Of a stretch of 63,497 bases of DNA, positions 50,653-58,967 are shown piece after piece. The position numbers were made by a program, and so were the translations under genes. Source of the DNA: an uncultured Bacteroides sp. (GTDB taxonomy: Bacteria; Bacteroidota; Bacteroidia; Bacteroidales; Muribaculaceae); contig CAZNGJ010000002.1 in NCBI GenBank assembly GCA_964572615.1, positions 1 through 63,497 on the forward strand, read 5' to 3'. How positions within the stretch are numbered: the stretch's first letter is position 1; every line of letters starts with the position of its first letter. The notes below the pieces were generated by a model. It saw nothing but the letters and a program-made list of their open reading frames with translations. It made no database searches and had not been told where the DNA came from.

Positions 50653-51327
50653 TTACGAGATTATGCGACCGTCGAAGAAACGGATTACACGGTCGGTATC
50701 TTTAGCTTGCTCCTCGTTGTGGGTCACCATAACGATTGTTGTTCCGTCTTCTTTGTTGAAACGATGCAAGAGTTCCATAACTTCCGATCCCATCTTCGAG
50801 TCAAGGTTACCGGTCGGCTCGTCGGCAAGTAGAATTTTAGGATTACCAACAATAGCGCGGGCAATAGCGACACGCTGACACTGACCTCCGGACAGTTGAC
50901 CGGGGAGATGGTGGATACGGTGACTCATCTCGAGGCGCTCGAGTACCTTTTCTACCATAGCCTTACGTTGCGATCCCGACAGGCCTTTGCGATAAATGAG
51001 CGGTAACTCAACGTTGGCGGCCACATCAAGCGAGGGAATGAGGTGGAAGCTCTGAAATACGAAACCGATATTGGCATTTCGGAAGTGTGACAATGCGGTG
51101 TCGCGCATGTTCTCGATATTTGTTTCGAGCAATTCGAGGGTCCCTGTGGTGGGGTTGTCGAGCAGTCCGATGATATTGAGTAGCGTTGATTTGCCACAAC
51201 CCGAAGGGCCCATGACGCTGACGAACTCGCCTTCGTTGACGGCCATGTTTATATTCTCGAGCGCGGTTGTTTCGATTTCGCGGGTCCGGTACACTTTGCT
51301 GATACCGTTTAGTTTGATTATTTCCAT
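50653..51327 (-). CDS. ABC transporter ATP-binding protein (MacB/LolD-like)
   Basis: GPSGCGKS, LSGGQ, LADEPTGNLD, VTH. Confidence 0.96.
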   Translation of the reverse strand: MEIIKLNGISKVYRTREIETTALENINMAVNEGEFVSVMGPSGCGKSTLLNIIGLLDNPTTGTLELLETNIENMRDTALSHFRNANIGFVFQSFHLIPSLDVAANVELPLIYRKGLSGSQRKAMVEKVLERLEMSHRIHHLPGQLSGGQCQRVAIARAIVGNPKILLADEPTGNLDSKMGSEVMELLHRFNKEDGTTIVMVTHNEEQAKDTDRVIRFFDGRIIS

Positions 51328-51338
51328 GTTTTGTATAT

Positions 51339-52592
51339 TTAGTTTTTTACATATTTCAATTCGTCGGTTCGCTTGTATTCCTCCATGTCGCTCGTCACGA
51401 CGCTCATCCCCGGTGTAAGTCCGGAAAGCACTTCGACATACTTATGATTGCTGTCTCCGAGGCGCACCTTACGTTTTATGAGTTTGTCATCGCCTTCAAG
51501 TACAAACATCTCGTAGTTGCCCGGACCTTTGAAGTATGAGCCATTGGCAATCAGTATTGCATTGCTCTTGTAATCGTTGGATATTTCGATACCTGTTTTT
51601 AATCCCGATTGCAACCGTTTATGCGAAGGATCGTTGAGTTCGATGGCTATCTTGACCATGCCTCCTTGTGACTGCGGGCTGATATGACTCAACATGCCCG
51701 ACAGTTCCTGATTGCCAATCCTCACTGTTACGTCGGCACCGATACTAACCTTATTCACATCGCCTTCCGGTATTTCGCCTTCTATCTTAAAACTGGTCAG
51801 ATCGGCAACGACTGCGAGTTTCTGACCTGCTGAAACATTGCTTCCAATATCGGAGGTAATAAATGTTACTACGCCATTAATGGGGGAGGGCACACGCCCT
51901 TGTTCGAGGGTACGTTTCAACAGAGCGACATCTTTGTTGAAGCTATTTATCTCGAGTTGCTGCATACCTTCGCTTGCTTTAGCGTTCTCACGTTCGTTGG
52001 CCAACTGAGTCTTCAGTTGTTCCAACTCGAGCTCTGCCGTACGCAGGGCAGTAACGGCCTGACGGATGCGGTCGCCGGTGCCACTGCCAATGCTATCGAG
52101 CCGTTTCTCGTTTTCGACGTCGAGTCGCAGTCGGTTTATTGCCATTTCCTTTACCGTGATTTGCATGGCTATATCGCTCAACCGTGTTCGGTTGGACAGT
52201 TGTGTCTGGTACAACCTTTGGTTATTGACAGCCTGCTGATCTATCAGTTTGCTGTAATCGGTTTCGGCAGCAGAAAGGTCGAGTTCAAGAAGGGGTGTCC
52301 CGGCAGTAACGGTGTCTCCGGGATGCACGAATACACGGAGCACCGTACTTGATACAGGTGAATTCACTACCTGACTAAAAGCCGGCACGACGCTTCCCGA
52401 TGCAGTTATGGTAGTCACAAGAGGTCCCGTAGTAACTGTTGACAAGGTAACTTCGTTTGCTTTTACGGATTTTCCGGAGATACGATCTACACAAATTATT
52501 AGTATGACTATGGCTAAAGCTAACCCACCTAATCGAAGGTAGCTTTTGATTCTTTTCTTGCGTTTTAAGTCTTGGCTGATTGGTTTGTCCAT
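51339..52592 (-). CDS. Periplasmic adaptor (MacA/HlyD-like membrane fusion protein)
   Basis: Start MDKPIS; one TM segment, lipoyl half-motifs, coiled coil, SPINGVV. Confidence 0.92.
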   Translation of the reverse strand: MDKPISQDLKRKKRIKSYLRLGGLALAIVILIICVDRISGKSVKANEVTLSTVTTGPLVTTITASGSVVPAFSQVVNSPVSSTVLRVFVHPGDTVTAGTPLLELDLSAAETDYSKLIDQQAVNNQRLYQTQLSNRTRLSDIAMQITVKEMAINRLRLDVENEKRLDSIGSGTGDRIRQAVTALRTAELELEQLKTQLANERENAKASEGMQQLEINSFNKDVALLKRTLEQGRVPSPINGVVTFITSDIGSNVSAGQKLAVVADLTSFKIEGEIPEGDVNKVSIGADVTVRIGNQELSGMLSHISPQSQGGMVKIAIELNDPSHKRLQSGLKTGIEISNDYKSNAILIANGSYFKGPGNYEMFVLEGDDKLIKRKVRLGDSNHKYVEVLSGLTPGMSVVTSDMEEYKRTDELKYVKN

Positions 52593-52613
52593 ATTGCTCT
52601 TATTTAACGCAAG

Positions 52614-52644
52614 CAAAATTAGAACATAATGAAAATAAATGCAA
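52614..52644 (-). promoter_or_regulatory. SigmaA-type promoter of the efflux operon
   Basis: TTG-N20-TAATTTTG. Confidence 0.65.
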
Positions 52645-52655
52645 GTGGTCTTGAT

Positions 52656-52668
52656 AATCAAGCTGTTA
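52656..52668 (+). promoter_or_regulatory. IHF consensus site
   Basis: AATCAAGCTGTTA matches WATCAANNNNTTR exactly. Confidence 0.5.
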
Positions 52669-52680
52669 TGACGTTAATTT

Positions 52681-52696
52681 TGTCCAATTGCGGACA
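52681..52696. promoter_or_regulatory. Palindromic regulator site (enhancer-like)
   Basis: TGTCC-AATTGC-GGACA. Confidence 0.55.
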
Positions 52697-52702
52697 GATG
52701 AT

Positions 52703-52737
52703 AAAAAAGCGGCTCCACACGAGGTGGAACCGCTTTT
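52703..52737 (-). terminator. Intrinsic terminator after the amidase gene
   Basis: AAAAGCGG-CTCCAC / GTGGAA-CCGCTTTT stem with a T-run on the minus strand. Confidence 0.85.
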
Positions 52738-52763
52738 AGAAAAGCGTATGCTGATAGTCGAAA

Positions 52764-55343
52764 TTACTTAACGAACTTAGCAGTGAATTTACCTGCGGCT
52801 GTCTTAACAGTTACGAGGTATACACCTGCAGGCAGAGCAGCGATGTTTGCAGTGGCGACTGTGCCATGACCGCCGGCCAGAGCAACTTGTGCCCCGTCTA
52901 CACCGAATACGTAGGCGGCTTCGATGTCGGCGTCAGCCTTGATGGTGAGAAGGTCAGCGCTTACTGCGAGAGTTACACCGGCCTTGTCGGCTGCGATGTC
53001 GTTAACAGCAACCTCGGGCTTTGTGATGTCTTCTATGTTTGCCTGACGCTCGCCTTCTTCGGGCCAAACGGCGCATGCGAAGTCGTGGTAACCTATGTCA
53101 CCTGCCCATGCCTGCTGAGGAACGTCTTCGTCGTCGGGATCGGTGAACTCGTGGCTAAGAGTGAACGAGTCAAAGCGCCAGTTTCCGGAAGCACCCATCT
53201 GGTCGGTACCGGTGAAGTGCGAGTAGTCATCAGACATGAGATTCCAGTGGAAGGGCTCCCAACCGATAAAGTCAAGAACTTTACCTTCGGCTTTGCTCTT
53301 AAGGCTACCGTTCGCATGAGGGATACGGACCATCATGTCAGCAAGGTTGTTCGAACCGTCACTGTAAATCCAGTACTGAAGGGTAACATTGAAGTTGCTG
53401 CCGGTATATTTGTTGGTATCGGGAGTGTAGAGACGGATGAACCAGAACTCGTCGGCATCGCTCTCGTCGAATACATAGTGCATCTTCATCGAGGTACCCG
53501 AAGCAGAGTAGGGGTTGGTGTTGAATGTACCGCTGAAGCAGTCGTCCTTAACGAGACCCTTGCTGGAGCCTGAGCCGGCAGGATTCCAGAAACCGCTTTC
53601 GTTGTTGATCTGGATCATGGTCTTATATTCAACAGGAGTGCGGTATTCTGACATGAAGCGGAAGTGGTAATTGTCAGCAGTTACGTTGCCCGACATGTCA
53701 GCAAGACCGGGAGCAATTGTTACGAGGAAGGTCTTGTCGAGGGGAAGCTGTTCAGCGGGATAGAAGTGGAGAACCGAGCGGCCGGCGATAACGGCGTGGG
53801 TAACGGTACCGGGATAGGTATTACCTTCTTTGTCAACAACGGTAACGCAGTCAGCGTTCTTATCGTCGTTCCAGTTGATTTCCTCGTTGTACTCGATACG
53901 TACGGGGAACTTGGTAACCATAACGGCTTCGCCGTCTTCGGGAGGATAGGTCGAGATAACCACGGGAGCTTCGGTATCGGGTTCGGCCATGGTGAACTCG
54001 TAAACCCAGTCACCGCCGGGCTGGCCGTCGCCGTCACCGTCGAAGAACTGGTCGGTCTGGCTGTTCTTGGCAATCGAACCGTCGATTGTGATGGTGTAAT
54101 CCCAGAGAGGAAGCAGTTTCGAGAAGTCAAGCTGCAGGGTATAGTCGTTGATCCAGGTCAGGCCGATTTCGCCGTCGTTGTTCACCTTGAATGCCTCTTC
54201 TACGCTCGAGCGAACCATGTTGCGCGAGAATGTGAGGGTAACGGGATAGATGGGCGATACCGAGGTGGGATCGGTGATCGAGATAGCGTCGACCTTAGCG
54301 GGGGCGTTGTTCATCAGGGCAACGTCGTGGAAGGTGATGTAGTCACCGGCCAGAGCACCACCTGCATTAATGGTAACCTTGCCGCTGTAGGGGTCAAAAC
54401 CGGGAGCGGTAACGGTGATGTCGTATTCCTTACCGGCTTCGAGACCTTCGAAAGTGAACAGACCGTTGTGGATCAGGTCGGGGTTCTTGCTGTAGTTGTG
54501 GAACAGCGACTCGAAAGTATCGGTGGTGTAGGTCTTGCCGTCAACAGTAACGACAGCACCGTTGATGCGCTGGTCGTTCTCGCTGTTGTAAACTTCACCG
54601 TGCAGGAAGGTCTGCTTGGGAAGTTCGAGACCGTGATATTTCAGAATCGACTGGAAGGCAGCAAAAGCTTCGAGACGCTTGTACTCCTTGTTCATGTTGC
54701 GGCTCTGCTGGTATGCGATAGTGTGATAAGCACCTTCGCTGAGCAGAGAGGGCATGTTGGAACGACGGTTAACAGACAGATAAGGATACTGGTTGGCGTG
54801 AGTAGCAGGACCACGGTCGTAGAAGCAGCGGTCGTACCAGTTGCCGCGCGAGCTAACGCGCATCACGCTCTTCATGTTAGGCTCGAGGATTTCACCGTAA
54901 GCCTTACCGCCATTGGGAGTCTTTTCGATTTCGACACCATCCTTGCGCCAGCCACCGAAGAGGGTAACGATCGAGTTTTCGGTTGCGCCCGCATCCGAGT
55001 GGATCGAGTAGTAGAAGTCGGCGCCCCATGCATTGGCTTCGTCTGAACGTTCTTCGAGGCTGATGGTGTCGTCGACTGTCATACGGCAGAGTTTGAGGTT
55101 TTCGGCAGGCATATCGGTGTACGCTTCGAGCATCTGCTTGATGTTGAGAGCAACGTCGAGCACCTTCTCAGCCTCGGAGTAACCCCAGATACCCTGGTTC
55201 GAGCGGCCTTCGTGACCGGGGTCGATGTAGAGTTTGAAGTCGCCCCAACCGTTTACTTCGGCTGCGGAAGCCACTGTGGGAGTGGCGATAGCGGCGATGG
55301 CAACTGCCATGCCTGCAAACAGAGTAGTATTTGTTTTCTTCAT
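52764..55343 (-). CDS. Secreted N-acetylmuramoyl-L-alanine amidase (Amidase_3) with Ig-like domains and a T9SS CTD
   Basis: Signal peptide; IDPGH, EAE, SIHSDA and LSEG zinc/catalytic motifs; two Big_5-like domains; C-terminal LPAGVYLV...KFVK. Confidence 0.88.
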   Translation of the reverse strand: MKKTNTTLFAGMAVAIAAIATPTVASAAEVNGWGDFKLYIDPGHEGRSNQGIWGYSEAEKVLDVALNIKQMLEAYTDMPAENLKLCRMTVDDTISLEERSDEANAWGADFYYSIHSDAGATENSIVTLFGGWRKDGVEIEKTPNGGKAYGEILEPNMKSVMRVSSRGNWYDRCFYDRGPATHANQYPYLSVNRRSNMPSLLSEGAYHTIAYQQSRNMNKEYKRLEAFAAFQSILKYHGLELPKQTFLHGEVYNSENDQRINGAVVTVDGKTYTTDTFESLFHNYSKNPDLIHNGLFTFEGLEAGKEYDITVTAPGFDPYSGKVTINAGGALAGDYITFHDVALMNNAPAKVDAISITDPTSVSPIYPVTLTFSRNMVRSSVEEAFKVNNDGEIGLTWINDYTLQLDFSKLLPLWDYTITIDGSIAKNSQTDQFFDGDGDGQPGGDWVYEFTMAEPDTEAPVVISTYPPEDGEAVMVTKFPVRIEYNEEINWNDDKNADCVTVVDKEGNTYPGTVTHAVIAGRSVLHFYPAEQLPLDKTFLVTIAPGLADMSGNVTADNYHFRFMSEYRTPVEYKTMIQINNESGFWNPAGSGSSKGLVKDDCFSGTFNTNPYSASGTSMKMHYVFDESDADEFWFIRLYTPDTNKYTGSNFNVTLQYWIYSDGSNNLADMMVRIPHANGSLKSKAEGKVLDFIGWEPFHWNLMSDDYSHFTGTDQMGASGNWRFDSFTLSHEFTDPDDEDVPQQAWAGDIGYHDFACAVWPEEGERQANIEDITKPEVAVNDIAADKAGVTLAVSADLLTIKADADIEAAYVFGVDGAQVALAGGHGTVATANIAALPAGVYLVTVKTAAGKFTAKFVK

Positions 55344-55349
55344 GACAGT

Positions 55350-56198
55350 TTATTTTTTAAGAGTTACAGTGTAAATTGCTGCGTCGGCTGCGTTCTCAAA
55401 GGCCATGCGTGTGCCGTCGGCATTGATGGCAGGGGTGAGGGGAATCAGCTTGGCGTCGTTAAGGAGGACTTCCTTGGCATTGTTGCTCAGGTCGACAGTC
55501 ATAACGGTCGAACCGGTGATAGCTGCGCCATTGTCGCGAACGATGGTGTAAACCAAGGTCTTGTTATCGGGCATCCAAGCCGGATGCGAACCTGCACCGA
55601 GACTGCGGAGGTTGGTGCCGTCAGCATTGATGACGAACATACCCTTGCCTACAATCTGGAAAGCGATCTGCTTGCCGTCGGGCGAGAGAGCGGGGTTGAT
55701 AACGGTTCGACCTGCGAAAGCAGCCAGAGCGGGGGTCTTTGCTGCAACACCGGCAGCGTCTTCGGTCATGTTCTTGAGCAGAGCTACCGAAGTACCGGCG
55801 GTGCGGGGGTTGGCATTGGTGCGGGCGCGGTTGGCAACCACACGGGCTTTACCGGTAGTGGCGTCCCAAGCCTTCATTTCGTGGAGCACGCGTACGCCTT
55901 CGCGAACGTTGACACGGCCTACGATTTCCTTGCCGTCCTGACTCCAAGCCATCTTGTAGCCTGCGCCTTCGGCATTGGTGAGTTGCACACCGTTTGTACC
56001 GTCTGCATTAAACACATAAATGCCTGTATAGTTAGGACCGGCGGCAGCGATCTGCTTGCCATCGGGCGACCATACAGGAGCCATGAGTCCGCTGGCTGCC
56101 TGAGCCACACGGACAGGTGTACCGGCCTTAACACCCGCAAAAGCACCGAAAGAAGTGCCGAGTGTCAGAGCCAGTGCCAGAAAAAATTGCTTTTTCAT
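55350..56198 (-). CDS. TolB-like PD40 beta-propeller protein
   Basis: Signal peptide; repeats PVWSPDGKQIA, WSQDGKEI, PALSPDGKQIAF, PAWMPDNK. Confidence 0.85.
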   Translation of the reverse strand: MKKQFFLALALTLGTSFGAFAGVKAGTPVRVAQAASGLMAPVWSPDGKQIAAAGPNYTGIYVFNADGTNGVQLTNAEGAGYKMAWSQDGKEIVGRVNVREGVRVLHEMKAWDATTGKARVVANRARTNANPRTAGTSVALLKNMTEDAAGVAAKTPALAAFAGRTVINPALSPDGKQIAFQIVGKGMFVINADGTNLRSLGAGSHPAWMPDNKTLVYTIVRDNGAAITGSTVMTVDLSNNAKEVLLNDAKLIPLTPAINADGTRMAFENAADAAIYTVTLKK

Positions 56199-56260
56199 GG
56201 ATTGTTTGGTTAATGGTTGATTGATTTATATAAAAAATTGGATTTGTAGTTCATTTTGAA

Positions 56261-57505
56261 TTAGTCAAGCTCATGGATTACGAGTCCGGAGCGTAACTTG
56301 GGCTCAAACCATGTAGTCTTGGGGGGCATGATGTTACCCGAATCCGCAATGGCCATCAACTGCTCCATCGAAACAGGGAACAGCGCGAGTGCCGCTGCCA
56401 TTTCGCCTGAATCGACACGACGTTTCAGTTCTTCAAGACCGCGAATACCACCGACAAAGTCGACCCGCTTGTCGCTACGCAAGTCGTGAATACCAAGGAT
56501 GTCACGCAGTATGAGATTGCTCGATACGGTTACGTCGAGAACTCCGATCGGATCGTTGTCGTCGTACGTTCCCTCGCGCGCTGTCAGCGAATACCAATGG
56601 TCTTCCAGATAGAGCGAGAAGTTGTGAAGCCCCGAAGGAGTGTATGTCTCGGTGCCCATATCCTTGACGATAAAGTTATATTCGAGCTTTTCGAGGAACT
56701 CGGCGGGGGAGAGACCGTTGAGATCCTTGACAAGACGGTTGTAGTCGATGATCTTGAGATGCGAAGCGGGGAAAGCAACGGCAAGGAAGTAGTTGTATTC
56801 CTCGTCGCCTTTATGGTCGGGATTGAGTCGCGCCTTTTCATTGCCGACCAGGGCTGCCGCAGCAGTTCGATGGTGGCCGTCGGCAATATATAAATAAGGT
56901 ATGCGATCGAATTCCTCTGTGATTGTGACAATCATAGCGTCGTCGTCGACAACCCAGAAGTGGTGACCGAAGCCGTCCTCGGCAACAAAATCATATTCCG
57001 GCTCACCGGCAGTGACAGTACGGATCACTTCGTCAAGAGTTTCATTGTCAGGGAAAGCGAAGAACACCGGCTCGATGTTGGCGTTCTGATTACGTACATG
57101 CTTCATGCGGTCTTCTTCCTTGTCGCGCCGGGTCAGTTCGTGTTTCTTGATTCGGCCTTCCATGTAGTCGTCCACATTAGCGGCCACAACGATACCATAC
57201 TGCGTGCGACCGTTCATGGTCTGAGCATAGATATAATAATGCTCCTTGTCGTCCTGCACGAGCCAACCGTTATTCTTGAACGCCTTGAAGTTTTCAACAG
57301 CTTTGTCATAAACGGGCTGCGAATGTTCGTCGGTGCCCGGCTCGAAGTCAATCTCGGGTTTAATGATGTGATAAAGCGACTTGTCGTTGCCTTCGGCTTC
57401 GGCACGCGCTTCTTCACTATTGAGTACATCGTAAGGACGAGACGCCACATCGGTCACAAGATGACGTGGAGGACGCACGCCTTTGAATGGTTTTACTTTT
57501 GCCAT
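56261..57505 (-). CDS. DUF1015 family protein
   Basis: RPYDV, KKHELTR, YIADGHHR, MPPKTTWFEPKLRSG. Confidence 0.92.
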   Translation of the reverse strand: MAKVKPFKGVRPPRHLVTDVASRPYDVLNSEEARAEAEGNDKSLYHIIKPEIDFEPGTDEHSQPVYDKAVENFKAFKNNGWLVQDDKEHYYIYAQTMNGRTQYGIVVAANVDDYMEGRIKKHELTRRDKEEDRMKHVRNQNANIEPVFFAFPDNETLDEVIRTVTAGEPEYDFVAEDGFGHHFWVVDDDAMIVTITEEFDRIPYLYIADGHHRTAAAALVGNEKARLNPDHKGDEEYNYFLAVAFPASHLKIIDYNRLVKDLNGLSPAEFLEKLEYNFIVKDMGTETYTPSGLHNFSLYLEDHWYSLTAREGTYDDNDPIGVLDVTVSSNLILRDILGIHDLRSDKRVDFVGGIRGLEELKRRVDSGEMAAALALFPVSMEQLMAIADSGNIMPPKTTWFEPKLRSGLVIHELD

Positions 57506-57529
57506 GGTATTGTAGGTATTAGGTAATTT

Positions 57530-58813
57530 TCAAAGAGGACGACGGAAAACAGTCTGCATACGGTCAGGACCAATCGAAACAATGGTAATGGGTGTTTCCA
57601 ATTCTTTCTCGAGGAATTCAATATAGTTTGCGAAGTTAGCGGGGAATTCCTCGACTGACTTCATAGCCGTCATGTCAGTTTTCCATCCGGGGAGAGTTAC
57701 ATAAACAGGCTTGATTTCGACATCGTCGAGTGCGTAAGGGAATTCCTCGACACGCTTGCCGTCAATCTCGTATGCCACGCAAGCCTTAATTTCGTCAAAG
57801 CCGTCCAGAACGTCACTCTTCATCATGATGAGATCGGTAACACCGTTTATCATGATGGCATACTTGAGAGCTACCAGATCTATCCAGCCGCAACGGCGTT
57901 CACGGCCCGTAACTGCGCCGTATTCGTGACCGAGATCACGGATTTTCTTGCCGGTTTCGTCAAACAGTTCGGTTGGGAAGGGGCCACTGCCCACGCGAGT
58001 GCAATAAGCCTTGAAGATACCGAACACGCGACCAATATTGCCGGGGGCCACACCAAGACCGGTGCAGGCACCTGCGCAGATGGTGTTGCTTGAGGTGACA
58101 AAAGGATACGAACCGAAATCAACGTCGAGGAGTGTACCCTGGGCGCCTTCACACAGAACACTTTTGCCGGATTTGAGAGCCTTGTTTATATAGTGTTCAC
58201 TTTCGATGATGTCGAAAGTATGGAGATACTCGATTGCATCCATCCACTTCTGTTCGAGTTCAGCCAGTCGTTCGGCTTCAACAGGTGCGCCGAGAGCCTC
58301 AAGCATTTCGACATGACGGGTGCGGGCAGCATCGTAGCGTTCCTTGAACGAAGGTCGGAGGGTGTCGCCAAGACGAAGACCGTTACGACTGATCTTATCA
58401 GTGTAAGTCGGCCCAATGCCCTTGCCTGTTGTGCCGATTTTTCCTTTACCCTTTGCTGCTTCGTTGGCTGCATCAAGTAGGCGGTGGGTGGGCATAATGA
58501 GGTGCGCTTTGTTGGAAATCTTCAGTACTTTGCGCAAGTCAACACCCGATTTTTCGAGCGCTTCGGCCTCTTCGCGGAATAATACCGGATCGAGCACGAC
58601 TCCGCTACCTACTATATTGATTTGTCCGTTCTGGAAGACACCGGACGGAATGGAACGCAAAACATACTTCTTGTTCTCGAACTCGAGCGTGTGTCCGGCG
58701 TTGGGACCACCCTGGAAGCGGGCCACGATGTCATAGCGGGGTGTCAATACGTCGACAACTTTGCCTTTACCCTCGTCGCCCCATTGGAGCCCGAGCAATA
58801 CGTCTGCTTTCAT
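57530..58813 (-). CDS. purA: Adenylosuccinate synthetase
   Basis: QWGDEGKGK, GGPNAGHT, EGAQG, TGRERRCGW. Confidence 0.99.
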   Translation of the reverse strand: MKADVLLGLQWGDEGKGKVVDVLTPRYDIVARFQGGPNAGHTLEFENKKYVLRSIPSGVFQNGQINIVGSGVVLDPVLFREEAEALEKSGVDLRKVLKISNKAHLIMPTHRLLDAANEAAKGKGKIGTTGKGIGPTYTDKISRNGLRLGDTLRPSFKERYDAARTRHVEMLEALGAPVEAERLAELEQKWMDAIEYLHTFDIIESEHYINKALKSGKSVLCEGAQGTLLDVDFGSYPFVTSSNTICAGACTGLGVAPGNIGRVFGIFKAYCTRVGSGPFPTELFDETGKKIRDLGHEYGAVTGRERRCGWIDLVALKYAIMINGVTDLIMMKSDVLDGFDEIKACVAYEIDGKRVEEFPYALDDVEIKPVYVTLPGWKTDMTAMKSVEEFPANFANYIEFLEKELETPITIVSIGPDRMQTVFRRPL

Positions 58814-58857
58814 TATGATTAGTTGAATTAGATTCTAAAGTGTTGATTAATAATTGG

Positions 58858-58876
58858 TTTTGTAATAATTACAAAA
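58858..58876. promoter_or_regulatory. Perfect 9-1-9 palindrome in the purA leader (candidate operator)
   Basis: TTTTGTAAT-A-ATTACAAAA. Confidence 0.45.
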
Positions 58877-58930
58877 GCATGATTCGCTGTGATCAGACTC
58901 ATCGTCGGCACCACAGCTACTCTTTTGGTG

Positions 58931-58938
58931 CAAATATA
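58931..58938 (-). promoter_or_regulatory. -7 promoter element for purA
   Basis: TATATTTG consensus match. Confidence 0.65.
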
Positions 58939-58967
58939 CGACTTTTTAGGGAAGTAGGCAAACTTAA

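Noticed and set aside
52866-56213. Long plus-strand ORFs (235, 460 and 333 aa) opposite the amidase and PD40 genes
   Set aside because: Open antisense frames are expected from strong codon bias, and these have no recognisable motifs.
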